Shown here: piece by piece, positions 53,580-62,638 of the stretch
Layout of the letters: each line of letters starts with the position of its first letter
Numbering within the stretch: position 1 is the first letter of the stretch
NCBI RefSeq assembly: GCF_003668955.1
Contig: NZ_RAWO01000002.1
Location: 279,605-343,604 of the forward strand
Direction: 5' to 3'
Length of the DNA stretch: 64,000 nucleotides
Source of the DNA: Corallococcus sp. AB038B
GTDB taxonomy: Bacteria; Myxococcota; Myxococcia; Myxococcales; Myxococcaceae
Notes under the pieces: generated by a model
What the model was told of the DNA's origin: nothing
The model's input: the letters and a program-made list of their open reading frames with translations, nothing else
Databases searched by the model: none
Translations under genes and position numbers: made by a program

Positions 53580-55538
53580 GTGATTCGCGAGATCCTCAGC
53601 GGACTGCTATGGCAGGGCCGGGTGGCTTTGCGCAGCGGCGACGTGCGCGTCTTCGCCGCGCATGGCTACGTGGATGAAGGCTACCGGCCTTCGCGCGTGC
53701 CATTCCTCTCCGTTGTCGGCCCGCTGGGCCTGTTCCCCGAACCCGAGCGAGAGAACGGGCGCACGGGCGTCGCCACCTTCCGTGTGCCGGGCCACCTCGT
53801 CGGCAGGCCTCGCGCTTCCGGGGACAGCGTGCCGCCCAATGGCTCGCTCAAGCTGCGCCTGGATGGCCGCGCCACCGTCACCCTTACGGGCCTGCCGGGC
53901 GGCTCGTTTGCTTCCACCGCGACGGGCCCCGCGCTCGCCGCCGCCATCAACGCGCGGCTGGCGGATGCGCTCACCGGTGGACTCTTCCAGGAGCCCACGG
54001 GCGCGCCGCTCACGGACCCGCTGCTGCTGGAGGCGCTCGCTGGCGTCATCGCGCGCTGGGACGTGGAGGGGAGCCGGCTCGCGATCAGCTCCGACGCGGG
54101 CATTCCCTCCATGGAGTTCCGCTCCAGCGTGGAGGTGCTGCCTGTCGCTGGCGGCATCGAAGGGCCTCTGGGCCTGGAGCCTCCGGAGCGTTCTCAAGAG
54201 GGCAGGGTGTTCCTCAGCAAGATCCGCGCGCCCAAGGCCATGGCCATCGATGTGCAGGTGGACCTGTGGGCGGGCTCGCAGGTGGACCTGGCGTCCATCA
54301 TGGACACGGTGGCGCTCTCCATCCCCACGCGCGGGCAGATGGTGCTGCGCCCGTCGCTGCTGGCCGAGGACGTGCCCGAAGGCGCCACGACGGTTCGCCT
54401 GCTGACGCGCGGTGAGCCCACCACGGTCCTGTCCCTGGTGCACCTGGAGGCCAGCGATCAGAACCTGGAGCGCGCGCGCGGCGGACGCGTGGACCTGACG
54501 CCCGGTGCATCCTTCCTTCCCACCTCCGAGGGCCTGCGCCTGTCCGGCACCGGTACTGCCTCCGTCCTCGTCTACCCCATGCCCGCAGTGCCCGACCCCT
54601 TCCACGCCGACAATCCGGCCCCGGACGGACTGGCGCTGTCGGTGGGGCTGCGCGTCGCCGCTGGCGCCGTGGCCGCGCAGTCGTTGCCGGTGGCCGTGCT
54701 GATGGCGCAGGGGCAGCCCGTGCTGCGGCTCATCGTCCGCTACGAGCAGGTGGACACCCGGCTCATGGGCGAGGTGGTAGCCACCGCGACGCTGGCGCAG
54801 GCCACCGGGACGCAGGTCGCGGAGACGCGCTGGCGGCTTCCGGTGGAGCGGCTGGAGGCCGGCGTGGTGCTTCACGCGCGGCTGGAGGCGGGGGAGGGCG
54901 TGGTGTGGCTGTCGGCGGACGGGGTGCCGCAGCCGCTCCAGGACGCGGACGCCACGCCCGCGCCGCCCGTCGCCGCGCCGGGCGTCACCGTCGCCGCGAG
55001 CGACATGGTGCTCACGCTGGGGGCGCAGGCGGGCACGCCGTTGGACTTCACGGTGGACCACGTGCACCTGGTGGCGGAGCCCGTGGGGCCGTTGGATCCG
55101 GCGCTGCGCCGCTCCGTCACGGCGGCCTCGCGCCTCAAGCCCGGCGACGTGGTGGTGCTGGGTTCGAGCGACGATGGCTACCGCGTGGGCAAGCAGCGCT
55201 TCCAGGCGCTGGTGCTGGGGCTGGATGGCGACCGCGTGACGCTCAGCCGCCCCGTGGAGGGCGCCTGGGCCCGGGGCCGCACGCTCGTGTTCCAGGAGGA
55301 GTGCTTCTTCTTCCAGACGCAGCTGCGCCGCCGCGACGACCTCTTGAACCACCTGTACCGCTGCTGCGTGGACTACCGGGTCTCCGCGCTGATGGACGAG
55401 CCGAACGCGCGCAGCACCGCCCGCCTCGTCGAGACGCCGCGGGTGGACCTCATCGCGCGCGGTGCTGCGCGAGGCGCCAGCGGCCATCCGGGAACATCTG
55501 TCACCGAAGTCGATACCGCCAGGCGCGGGACCATCTGA
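53580..55538 (+). CDS. Hypothetical 652-aa protein, first gene of the contractile-injection operon
   Basis: GTG start. Ends 10 nt before the sheath RBS. No family recognised. Confidence 0.45.
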   Translation: MIREILSGLLWQGRVALRSGDVRVFAAHGYVDEGYRPSRVPFLSVVGPLGLFPEPERENGRTGVATFRVPGHLVGRPRASGDSVPPNGSLKLRLDGRATVTLTGLPGGSFASTATGPALAAAINARLADALTGGLFQEPTGAPLTDPLLLEALAGVIARWDVEGSRLAISSDAGIPSMEFRSSVEVLPVAGGIEGPLGLEPPERSQEGRVFLSKIRAPKAMAIDVQVDLWAGSQVDLASIMDTVALSIPTRGQMVLRPSLLAEDVPEGATTVRLLTRGEPTTVLSLVHLEASDQNLERARGGRVDLTPGASFLPTSEGLRLSGTGTASVLVYPMPAVPDPFHADNPAPDGLALSVGLRVAAGAVAAQSLPVAVLMAQGQPVLRLIVRYEQVDTRLMGEVVATATLAQATGTQVAETRWRLPVERLEAGVVLHARLEAGEGVVWLSADGVPQPLQDADATPAPPVAAPGVTVAASDMVLTLGAQAGTPLDFTVDHVHLVAEPVGPLDPALRRSVTAASRLKPGDVVVLGSSDDGYRVGKQRFQALVLGLDGDRVTLSRPVEGAWARGRTLVFQEECFFFQTQLRRRDDLLNHLYRCCVDYRVSALMDEPNARSTARLVETPRVDLIARGAARGASGHPGTSVTEVDTARRGTI

Positions 55539-55548
55539 AACCAGGAGG

Positions 55549-57876
55549 ATGAACGTGGCTGAGCGACTGCATCCGGGCGTCTATGTCGAGGAGATCAGTG
55601 CCGGTGCGCGCCCCATCGAAGGGGTGGGCACGTCCACGGCGGCGTTCGTCGGACGCACGGCGCGAGGCATCCCGGCCCTGGCCTCGTTCGTCACCGGCTT
55701 CGCCGAGTACGAGCGGGCCTTTGGCGGACACGAGCCCGGGGAGGCGGGCCTCGTCGCGCAGGCGGTGGAGGCCTTCTTCGATTCGGGCGGGCGGCGCGCG
55801 TACGTCGTGCGCGTGCTGCCCTCCGACGCGGTGGGCGGTGTGTCCACTCCACTGGTAGCGAGAGCGGGCGGCAGCCTCAACGCCCTCACGTTCCTGGCGC
55901 GGGGCGCTGGAGAGTGGTCCGACTACCTCCGCGTCAACGTGAGCGACTCCATCAACTTCCCCAGCGAGGCGTTCCGCGTGGAGGTGATGTGGACGGAGGC
56001 CGGGGCCACGCGCCGCCTGGAGACGTTCGAGGACGTGCGCATGGACCCGTCCAGTGAGGACTATGTCGGCGACCGCATCAACGACATCTCCCGCTACCTC
56101 CGCGTGCGCGACGAGTTCCAGGTGGCGCTGGCCGCCCGGGCGCCCGGCGCGGTGCTCGTCGCGGGCGTGCCTCCCCGGCTCAAGGCCGCGGTGCTGGCCA
56201 GCACGAAGTACAGCCTCTATGACGGCGGCAAGCTCCAGGTCTCCACCTGGGACGAGGCCCAGCCGGACCTGCCCCGCACGACGCTGGACGTCTCCATCAC
56301 CCAGGCCCTGGTGGTGGCCGCAGTGCCGGCCGCCGCGTTCGTCAACGGACGAGTGCAGCTGACCGCCACGGAGCTCAAGGCCTTCCTCACCCAGGCCGTT
56401 ACCTCGGCGGGTCTCACCAACACCTTCGTCATCGGTGGCACGGACTCGCCGGAGATTTCGCTGAAGGTGGCCACCGGGCCCACGCTCACCATCCCCAAGC
56501 CCACGGGCGCGACGTACGACCTGGACCCGGAGGACGCGAAGGTCACCGTGGGCTCGCCGGGCGGCACCACGGTGGTGCCCATCCCCATCCTGGCGGTGGA
56601 CAAGGGCGCGGTGACGCCCGCGGAGTTGAACCACTCGCTGAGCGTGGCGCTGGCCGGCAAGGTCGCGTCGGTGGTGACGGACGCGCAGGGCAACACCGTC
56701 ATCACGGGCCTGGCCACGGCGGCGGGGACCTCCACGCTGTCGCTCTCCGCCACCGGCTTCACCGGCACTGCCGCCGCGGGCACGGCGGGCACGAGCGCGG
56801 AGTCCTTCGACGGGCTCCAGCTCTCCATCAGCGAAACGCTCCAGCCGACGGTGCCCACCATGCTCCGGCAGCTGGGCTTCGCGCCGCGCGCACGTGGCTA
56901 CTCGGATGACTCGCCCGCGAACCCGGTGGTGCGTCCGTCTTCGGTGACGAACCTGCGGCTCCTGGGCGGCGACGACGGCGCGGGCCTCCTGGACACGTCT
57001 GACTTCGCGGGCGACGCGAAGCTGCGCACGGGCCTGCACGCGCTGGACACGGAGGAGGTCAACATCGTGGCGCTGCCCGGCAAGAACGAGGTGTCGTTCA
57101 TCGCCGCGGGCGTCGCGTACTGCGACAACCGGGGCGACTGCTTCTTCCTCGCGGACGGCCCCGGCGGCGTGGACAAGGACTTCGCGGTGGTGCCGGACGA
57201 CGCGAAGCAGTTCGTGGAGGGGTTGCCCTCGCGCTCGAAGAACTCGGCCATGTTCTACCCGTGGATCCGCGTAGCGGACTCCGTGGGCGTGGGCCGCAAC
57301 CCCACGCGGTTGGTGCCGCCCTCCGGCCACGTGGCGGGCCTCTTCGCGCGCACGGACACCACGCGTGGCGTGTGGAAGGCGCCCGCCGGCATCGAGGCGT
57401 CCCTCTCCAATGCGCTGGGCCTCCAGTACCCCGTCATCGACGCGGAGCAGGACCAGCTCAACCCGGCGAGCCTCAACTGCCTGCGCCAGTTCCCCGGCGT
57501 GGGGCTGGTGTCGTGGGGCTCGCGCACGCTGTCGCCCGACCCGGAGTGGCGCTACATCCCGGTGCGCCGCACCGCGCTCTTCCTCAAGGAGTCCCTGCGG
57601 CGCGGCCTGATGTGGGCGGTGTTCGAGCCCAACGACGAAGAGCTCTGGGGCCGCATCCGCGTCGCCATCGAGTCGTTCATGCTGGGGCTGTTCCGGCAGG
57701 GCGCGTTCCAGGGCAGCACGCCGGAAGAGGCCTTCAGCGTCGTCTGCGACCGGAGCACCAACCCGCAGGAGAACGTGGACGCGGGCATCGTCACCGCGCA
57801 GGTGGCGTTCGCGCCGCTGAAGCCCGCGGAGTTCGTGGTCATCGAAATCAGCCAGAAGAGCCTGCTGGCGGCCTGA
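55549..57876 (+). CDS. Contractile tail sheath protein
   Basis: RBS aggagg. N-terminus RLHPGVYVEEI matches the phage sheath N-terminal motif. C-terminal sheath domain (RYIPVRRTALFLKESL...EPNDEELW). Confidence 0.85.
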   Translation: MNVAERLHPGVYVEEISAGARPIEGVGTSTAAFVGRTARGIPALASFVTGFAEYERAFGGHEPGEAGLVAQAVEAFFDSGGRRAYVVRVLPSDAVGGVSTPLVARAGGSLNALTFLARGAGEWSDYLRVNVSDSINFPSEAFRVEVMWTEAGATRRLETFEDVRMDPSSEDYVGDRINDISRYLRVRDEFQVALAARAPGAVLVAGVPPRLKAAVLASTKYSLYDGGKLQVSTWDEAQPDLPRTTLDVSITQALVVAAVPAAAFVNGRVQLTATELKAFLTQAVTSAGLTNTFVIGGTDSPEISLKVATGPTLTIPKPTGATYDLDPEDAKVTVGSPGGTTVVPIPILAVDKGAVTPAELNHSLSVALAGKVASVVTDAQGNTVITGLATAAGTSTLSLSATGFTGTAAAGTAGTSAESFDGLQLSISETLQPTVPTMLRQLGFAPRARGYSDDSPANPVVRPSSVTNLRLLGGDDGAGLLDTSDFAGDAKLRTGLHALDTEEVNIVALPGKNEVSFIAAGVAYCDNRGDCFFLADGPGGVDKDFAVVPDDAKQFVEGLPSRSKNSAMFYPWIRVADSVGVGRNPTRLVPPSGHVAGLFARTDTTRGVWKAPAGIEASLSNALGLQYPVIDAEQDQLNPASLNCLRQFPGVGLVSWGSRTLSPDPEWRYIPVRRTALFLKESLRRGLMWAVFEPNDEELWGRIRVAIESFMLGLFRQGAFQGSTPEEAFSVVCDRSTNPQENVDAGIVTAQVAFAPLKPAEFVVIEISQKSLLAA

Positions 57877-58439
57877 TGCCCACGCCCGTTCCCGCCAACG
57901 CCCGCAACCCGCTGCGGACCTTCCAGTTCCGGCTCCGGATGAGCACCTCCGCGGCCGGCGACTACGTGGCGGGAGTGCGCACCGTGTCCGGCCTGTCCGT
58001 CAGCGTGGGCGCCTATGAGACGTGGGAGGGCGGCAACAACCTGCACCGCTACGCGCAGCCCCACAAGGTGAACTGGGAGCCGCTCGTGCTGGAGCAGGGA
58101 CTGGCGCTGGACGACACGCTGGAGCGCTGGGCGCGCGCGGTGCTGGAGTTCGCGCGCACCGGCAAGGCGCCCGGCGAGCCGGTGAAGCGCGACCTCTTCC
58201 TCGACGTGTGGGACGCCTACGCGCACCCCACGGAAGTGCCGCCGCCCGGAGGCATGGAGGCGCGCATCCGCAGCTTCCACGTGCACAACGCGTGGGTGAG
58301 CAAGTTCCACGCCCTGCCCAAGCTGGACGCCATGGCGGGCGAGGTGGCGCTCCTGTCGCTGGAGCTCACCCACGAGGGCTGGGAGCCGGTGCCCCGGCCC
58401 GTGCTGTCCATGCCCGCGACGAGCCTCCCGACGCCCTGA
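57876..58439 (+). CDS. Tail tube protein (T4 gp19-like), copy 1
   Basis: FQFRLRM...VSGLSVSVGAYETWEGGN...NAWVSKF...LSLELTHEGWE. TGATG overlap with the sheath gene. Confidence 0.8.
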   Translation: MPTPVPANARNPLRTFQFRLRMSTSAAGDYVAGVRTVSGLSVSVGAYETWEGGNNLHRYAQPHKVNWEPLVLEQGLALDDTLERWARAVLEFARTGKAPGEPVKRDLFLDVWDAYAHPTEVPPPGGMEARIRSFHVHNAWVSKFHALPKLDAMAGEVALLSLELTHEGWEPVPRPVLSMPATSLPTP

Positions 58440-58463
58440 CGTCCCCATTCGAGGAGTGAAGCC

Positions 58464-58955
58464 ATGCCCCGATTCGTCGAATCCACGAAGCGCGACCCGT
58501 ACCGCAACTTCAACTTCCGCGTGCTCTTCAACAACCTCGAGGTGGCCGCGTGCCGGAAGATTTCCGGCATCACCGGCACCGTGGAGGTGGTGAAGTTCCG
58601 CTCCGGCAACAGCCCGTCCTCCGTGGACGAGCTGTCACCGGGCCGGGTGCACTACGAGCCCCTCACGCTGGAGGCGGGCCTCACCCAGGACACGACGTTC
58701 CGGGACTGGGCCACCCAGCTCATCCGCCATGAAGCCACGCCCGGATTCCGCTCGGCGGAGCCGGACTTCCGGCGCACCGTGGAGATCCTCGTCTTCGATC
58801 TGGACTTCAACCGCGCGGTGAAGAAGTTCGTGCTGCGCAACGCGTGGGTCTCGAAGTTCACCGCGATGTCGGAGCTGGCCGCGGAGGCGAACGAGATCCT
58901 CATCGAGTCCCTGGAGGTCCAGCACGAGGGCTTCACGCTGGAGCCGGTGGTCTGA
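58464..58955 (+). CDS. Tail tube protein (T4 gp19-like), copy 2
   Basis: FNFRVLFNN...ISGITGTVEVVKFRSGN...NAWVSKF...IESLEVQHEGF. Paralog of copy 1. Confidence 0.8.
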   Translation: MPRFVESTKRDPYRNFNFRVLFNNLEVAACRKISGITGTVEVVKFRSGNSPSSVDELSPGRVHYEPLTLEAGLTQDTTFRDWATQLIRHEATPGFRSAEPDFRRTVEILVFDLDFNRAVKKFVLRNAWVSKFTAMSELAAEANEILIESLEVQHEGFTLEPVV

Positions 58956-58956
58956 C

Positions 58957-59832
58957 GTGCTCCTGGAACCTCCCATCCCGGTGCTGCTGCCGCACGGCCT
59001 CTTCGACGAGGACGGCCGCTGTCACCGCCAGGGCGAGCTGCGCCCGCTCACCGGCCGCGAGGAGTGGGCGCTGGCCCAGGCCGGAGAGCGTCCCGGCCCG
59101 CGCGAGGTGAGCGGGTGGCTGGCGGTGTGTCTGGGACGGTTGGGGGATTACTCGCGCGTGGACGCGGAGCTGGCGGCCTGCCTCACGCGCGGAGACCGGC
59201 ACCACCTGGCGCTGCACCTGCGGGCCCGGATGTACGGGGACCGCGCGACGCTGGTGGCGCGCTGCCCCGCGCCTGGCTGTGAGGCGATGGCGGACGTGGA
59301 CGTGCGGCTCTCCGCGCTCTCGCCGGAGCGGGTGGACGCGGCGCCGGAGGTGCTCACCGTGGCGCTGCCGGAGGGACGGGCGGAGGTGCGCGAGCCCACG
59401 GGCGAGGACGACGCGCTGCTCGCGGAAGTGCTTGGCACGCGGGCGGAGCGGTCCGCGCTCCTGTGGTCGCGGCTGGTGGTGGTGGACGGGCAGACGCTGA
59501 CGCCTTCCGCGTGGTTGGCGCTGCCCGCGCGTTCACGGCACGCGGTGGCGCTGGCATTGGCGGACGGCTCGAGCGCGCCGGACCTGGGGCTGCTGGCGCG
59601 CTGTCCGAAGTGCGCCGCGTGGTTGGAGCTGGAGCTGGATCCGTTCGCGCTCCTGGCGCGCGAGCTGCGGGGCGGCGCGGCGCGATTGGAGACGGAGGTG
59701 CACGTGCTGGCCTTCCACTACCACTGGTCGGAGGCGGACATCCTGGCCCTGCCGCGGGCCCGGCGGTGGCGCTACCTGGAGCTGCTTCGCAACGAGCTTG
59801 AAGGCCGTCCGCTGGTGGATGGCTGGAGCTGA
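58957..59832 (+). CDS. Hypothetical protein with two Cys pairs (possible zinc ribbon)
   Basis: GTG start overlapping the tube stop as GTGA. CPAPGC and CPKC motifs. Confidence 0.4.
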   Translation: MLLEPPIPVLLPHGLFDEDGRCHRQGELRPLTGREEWALAQAGERPGPREVSGWLAVCLGRLGDYSRVDAELAACLTRGDRHHLALHLRARMYGDRATLVARCPAPGCEAMADVDVRLSALSPERVDAAPEVLTVALPEGRAEVREPTGEDDALLAEVLGTRAERSALLWSRLVVVDGQTLTPSAWLALPARSRHAVALALADGSSAPDLGLLARCPKCAAWLELELDPFALLARELRGGAARLETEVHVLAFHYHWSEADILALPRARRWRYLELLRNELEGRPLVDGWS

Positions 59833-59850
59833 CGAGAGGACGCGCACGCC

Positions 59851-60063
59851 ATGGCCCCACCCCCGGTGCAAGGACAGGTCGGACTCACCCGTCGCGAGAT
59901 GGAGCGTGAGCTCGCGTGGATGCTGCGCAGCGTCCCGGACAACCCCAAGGAGTTCGTGAAGCTGTTCACCCAGACGGTGGTGGCGCTGATGGACAAGAAC
60001 AACGAAGCCATTGCCCGGAGCCTCGCCCAGCGCGAGCCGCCCGGCGCTCGGGGCAATGGATGA
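59851..60063 (+). CDS. Small hypothetical protein (70 aa)
   Basis: Codon bias is consistent with a real gene. Its stop overlaps the next ATG as ATGA. Confidence 0.3.
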   Translation: MAPPPVQGQVGLTRREMERELAWMLRSVPDNPKEFVKLFTQTVVALMDKNNEAIARSLAQREPPGARGNG

Positions 60064-60788
60064 CGCGCAACCTGGATCCGACGCTCATCGCGTTCGATCA
60101 GCAGCTCCAGAAGGGCATGCTGGTGACGCTGCCGCCGTCGTCCGCCGACCCGAAGGCCGCGTCGGGCGTGATCGCGCTGCGCTTCCAGTACAACCCGGAG
60201 ACGGTGACGCGCACGCGTGCGGGCCAGTGGGAGACGAAGCCCGGCAAGACGCCCGAGCAGACCAAGATCCTCACCGATGGTCAGCGCGGCGGCGGCCTGC
60301 ACGCCAAGAGCGAGACCATTGCCCTGAAGCTCGTCTTCGACGTGACGGAGGCGCTGCTGCGCGACACGAAGGGGGAGGGCATCCAGGGCGTGCTGCCGGA
60401 GCTGGCCATGCTGGAGGGCATGGCGCTGGGCAAGGACCAGACGGGGGACGAGGAGAAGAAGCCCGCGACGAAGCTCGTTTCGCTCAACCCCACGGAGCTG
60501 CTCTTGATGCTGGGGCCGCGCACCTTCCCGGTGGTCATCACCGGGATGACCATCGTGGAGCAGCGCTTCGACCCGTCGTTGTTCCCGCTGCGCGCGGAGG
60601 TGGACCTGCGCATGCGCATCCTGGAGGTGGGGGAGAACGCGGCGAACAGCAAGGTGGAGCAGGCATTCGCGAACCTGCGCGACCAGCGCCTGCGGATGGA
60701 GGACCTGGCGGCGGTGAAGGGCGCGGACGCGAGCACCCTCATCGCGCAGGCCCTGGCGCCGCAGGTGAAGCTCAACGGGGCGAGCTGA
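60060..60788 (+). CDS. Tail tube-like / tube-initiator-like protein
   Basis: VIALRFQYNPETVTRTRAGQWE....IALKLVFD resembles the gp19-fold tube motif. Length is 242 aa. Confidence 0.4.
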   Translation: MTRNLDPTLIAFDQQLQKGMLVTLPPSSADPKAASGVIALRFQYNPETVTRTRAGQWETKPGKTPEQTKILTDGQRGGGLHAKSETIALKLVFDVTEALLRDTKGEGIQGVLPELAMLEGMALGKDQTGDEEKKPATKLVSLNPTELLLMLGPRTFPVVITGMTIVEQRFDPSLFPLRAEVDLRMRILEVGENAANSKVEQAFANLRDQRLRMEDLAAVKGADASTLIAQALAPQVKLNGAS

Positions 60789-60798
60789 AGAGACGGCC

Positions 60799-61077
60799 AT
60801 GAGCGACCCTTCCTCGCGACACAAGGACCTGCCGACGTACGCGGTGCCGCTGGGGCCGGAGGGCGCCACGGTGTCGCTGTACGTGCCCCGCGTGGCGCCG
60901 AGCGTGCCCACGTCCCTGTTGCACAAGGTGGTGGCGGGGGACCGGTTGGACCTGCTCGCGCAGCGCTACTTCAGCGACCCGTATCAGGCGTGGCGCATCG
61001 TGGACGCCAACCCCACCTTCGAGCCCGAGGCGCTCCTGGAGCCGGGAACGGTGCTGTTCATCCCGGAGAAGCCCTGA
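60799..61077 (+). CDS. LysM-like tail protein (phage P2 gpX-like)
   Basis: 92 aa. HKVVAGDRLDLLAQRYFSDPYQAWRIVDANP....GTVLFIP matches the LysM/gpX pattern. Located immediately upstream of the gpD-like gene. Confidence 0.65.
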   Translation: MSDPSSRHKDLPTYAVPLGPEGATVSLYVPRVAPSVPTSLLHKVVAGDRLDLLAQRYFSDPYQAWRIVDANPTFEPEALLEPGTVLFIPEKP

Positions 61078-62264
61078 TGGCGGATCAGCGCGCGGCGTTC
61101 CTCCAGCTGTGGATCGACGGGCAGCCCATGACGGACGCCCGCGGCCGGGTGTCGCGTCTGGAGGTGGACGAGCGCACCGACGACGCGTCCTCCTTCCACC
61201 TGTCCCTGGACATGGCGCCCACGGACTCGGGGGACTGGGACGCGCTGGCGGACGGGCGCTTCGCGCTGCTCAAGCGCGTCACCATCAGTTTCGGGCTGGG
61301 CGCTCCGGACAGCGAGGCGCCGGACGTGCAGGAGGTGGTGTTCGACGGCTACATCACCGCGGTGGAGCCGTACTTCGGCCCCTCGCGCATGCCGGACTCG
61401 TCGCTGGAGGTGTACGGGCTGGACGCGTCGTGCCTGATGCACCTGGAGGAGCGCACGCGCTCGTTCAGCGGGCTGTCCGACGCGGGCATCGTGCGGCAGC
61501 TGTACGGTGAATACGGCTTCGCGCTGGACGTGCAGGAGACGGCGCCCGTGCGCGACCCGGCGCGGGCGGTGGTGCTCCAGCGCGGAACGGATGCGTCGCT
61601 CCTCCGGTGGCTCGCGCGGCGCAACGGCTTCGAGGTCTTCGTGGAGCGCAAGCAGGGGCCGGTGGGCGCGGGCGCCAACGCGGCGCCGGAGAGCGTGGGC
61701 CACTTCCACCTGCCCCGGCCAAATGGTCCGAAGCAGCCGGACCTGTCGCTCATTCCTCGCTCCACGCCGACCGTCATTGAGCTCAAGGCGCGCTGGGAGA
61801 GCCACCGCCCCACGGAGCTGCATGGCGAGCACATCGACGAGCGGACGCGGCGGATCCGCTCCGCCACGGTGACGGCGCCTCGCTTCCCGCGCATGGGGCC
61901 CACGAGCCGAGCGGACATCCTGAAGGCGCGCATGGCGGCGGTGCTGCCGAAGCGGCCCCAGACGAAGGCAGTGGGCCTGCAGTACGTGGACGTGCCGCAC
62001 GACGTGCCGGAGGTGGAGAACCTGGCGTGGTCGGACTACCGCGAGGCGGACTGGCTCGCGGAGGCGAACGGCACGGTGCAGGGCCTGCGCTACGAGCGCA
62101 TCCTTCGCGCCCGGCGTCCGGTAGGGATCGTGGGGGCGGGCAAGCTGATGGATGGCACCTGGTACGTGCGCGGCGCCCGGCACCGCTGGGTGTGGGCGGA
62201 GGCGCTGGCCCGCTACGAAGTGGATGTGGACCTGGCGCGCGACGCGCTCAACGGGGTTGCGTGA
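61077..62264 (+). CDS. Phage late-control gene D (gpD)-like baseplate hub protein
   Basis: GTDASLLRWLARRNGFEVFVE and the C-terminal GTWYVRGARHRW block are typical of gpD. TGATG overlap with the LysM gene. Confidence 0.7.
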   Translation: MADQRAAFLQLWIDGQPMTDARGRVSRLEVDERTDDASSFHLSLDMAPTDSGDWDALADGRFALLKRVTISFGLGAPDSEAPDVQEVVFDGYITAVEPYFGPSRMPDSSLEVYGLDASCLMHLEERTRSFSGLSDAGIVRQLYGEYGFALDVQETAPVRDPARAVVLQRGTDASLLRWLARRNGFEVFVERKQGPVGAGANAAPESVGHFHLPRPNGPKQPDLSLIPRSTPTVIELKARWESHRPTELHGEHIDERTRRIRSATVTAPRFPRMGPTSRADILKARMAAVLPKRPQTKAVGLQYVDVPHDVPEVENLAWSDYREADWLAEANGTVQGLRYERILRARRPVGIVGAGKLMDGTWYVRGARHRWVWAEALARYEVDVDLARDALNGVA

Positions 62265-62638
62265 TGGGGCGCGGCCTGAACTTCCCCTTCCAGCTGGGAG
62301 ACCTGGGCACTCCGCGCACGGTGGGTCCCTCGCAGGTCATCCGCCAGCAGTTGGAGCAGTTGCTCTTCACGCTGCCCGGGGAGCGGGTGAACCGGCCGCG
62401 CTTCGGATGCGGCGTGCAGCGAATGGTGTTCGGCGCCGCGAGCCCGGAGGCCGCCGCCACGGCCGAGTACATCATCCGCCTCAACGTGCAGGAGTTCATG
62501 CGCGACCAGGTGCGCCTGGACGCAGTGAAGGTGAGCGCCGAGGACGCCACACTCTACGTGGACATCCTCTACACGCTGCTGGCGACGGGCGAGGAACACG
62601 CGGAGCTGTTCCGCCGGGACCTGGAGGCGCCGCCGTGA
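62264..62638 (+). CDS. Baseplate wedge protein gp25/GPW-like
   Basis: MGRGLNFPF...QVIRQQLEQLLFTLPGERVNRPRFGCGV matches the GPW_gp25 pattern. TGATG overlap with the upstream gene. Confidence 0.7.
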   Translation: MGRGLNFPFQLGDLGTPRTVGPSQVIRQQLEQLLFTLPGERVNRPRFGCGVQRMVFGAASPEAAATAEYIIRLNVQEFMRDQVRLDAVKVSAEDATLYVDILYTLLATGEEHAELFRRDLEAPP

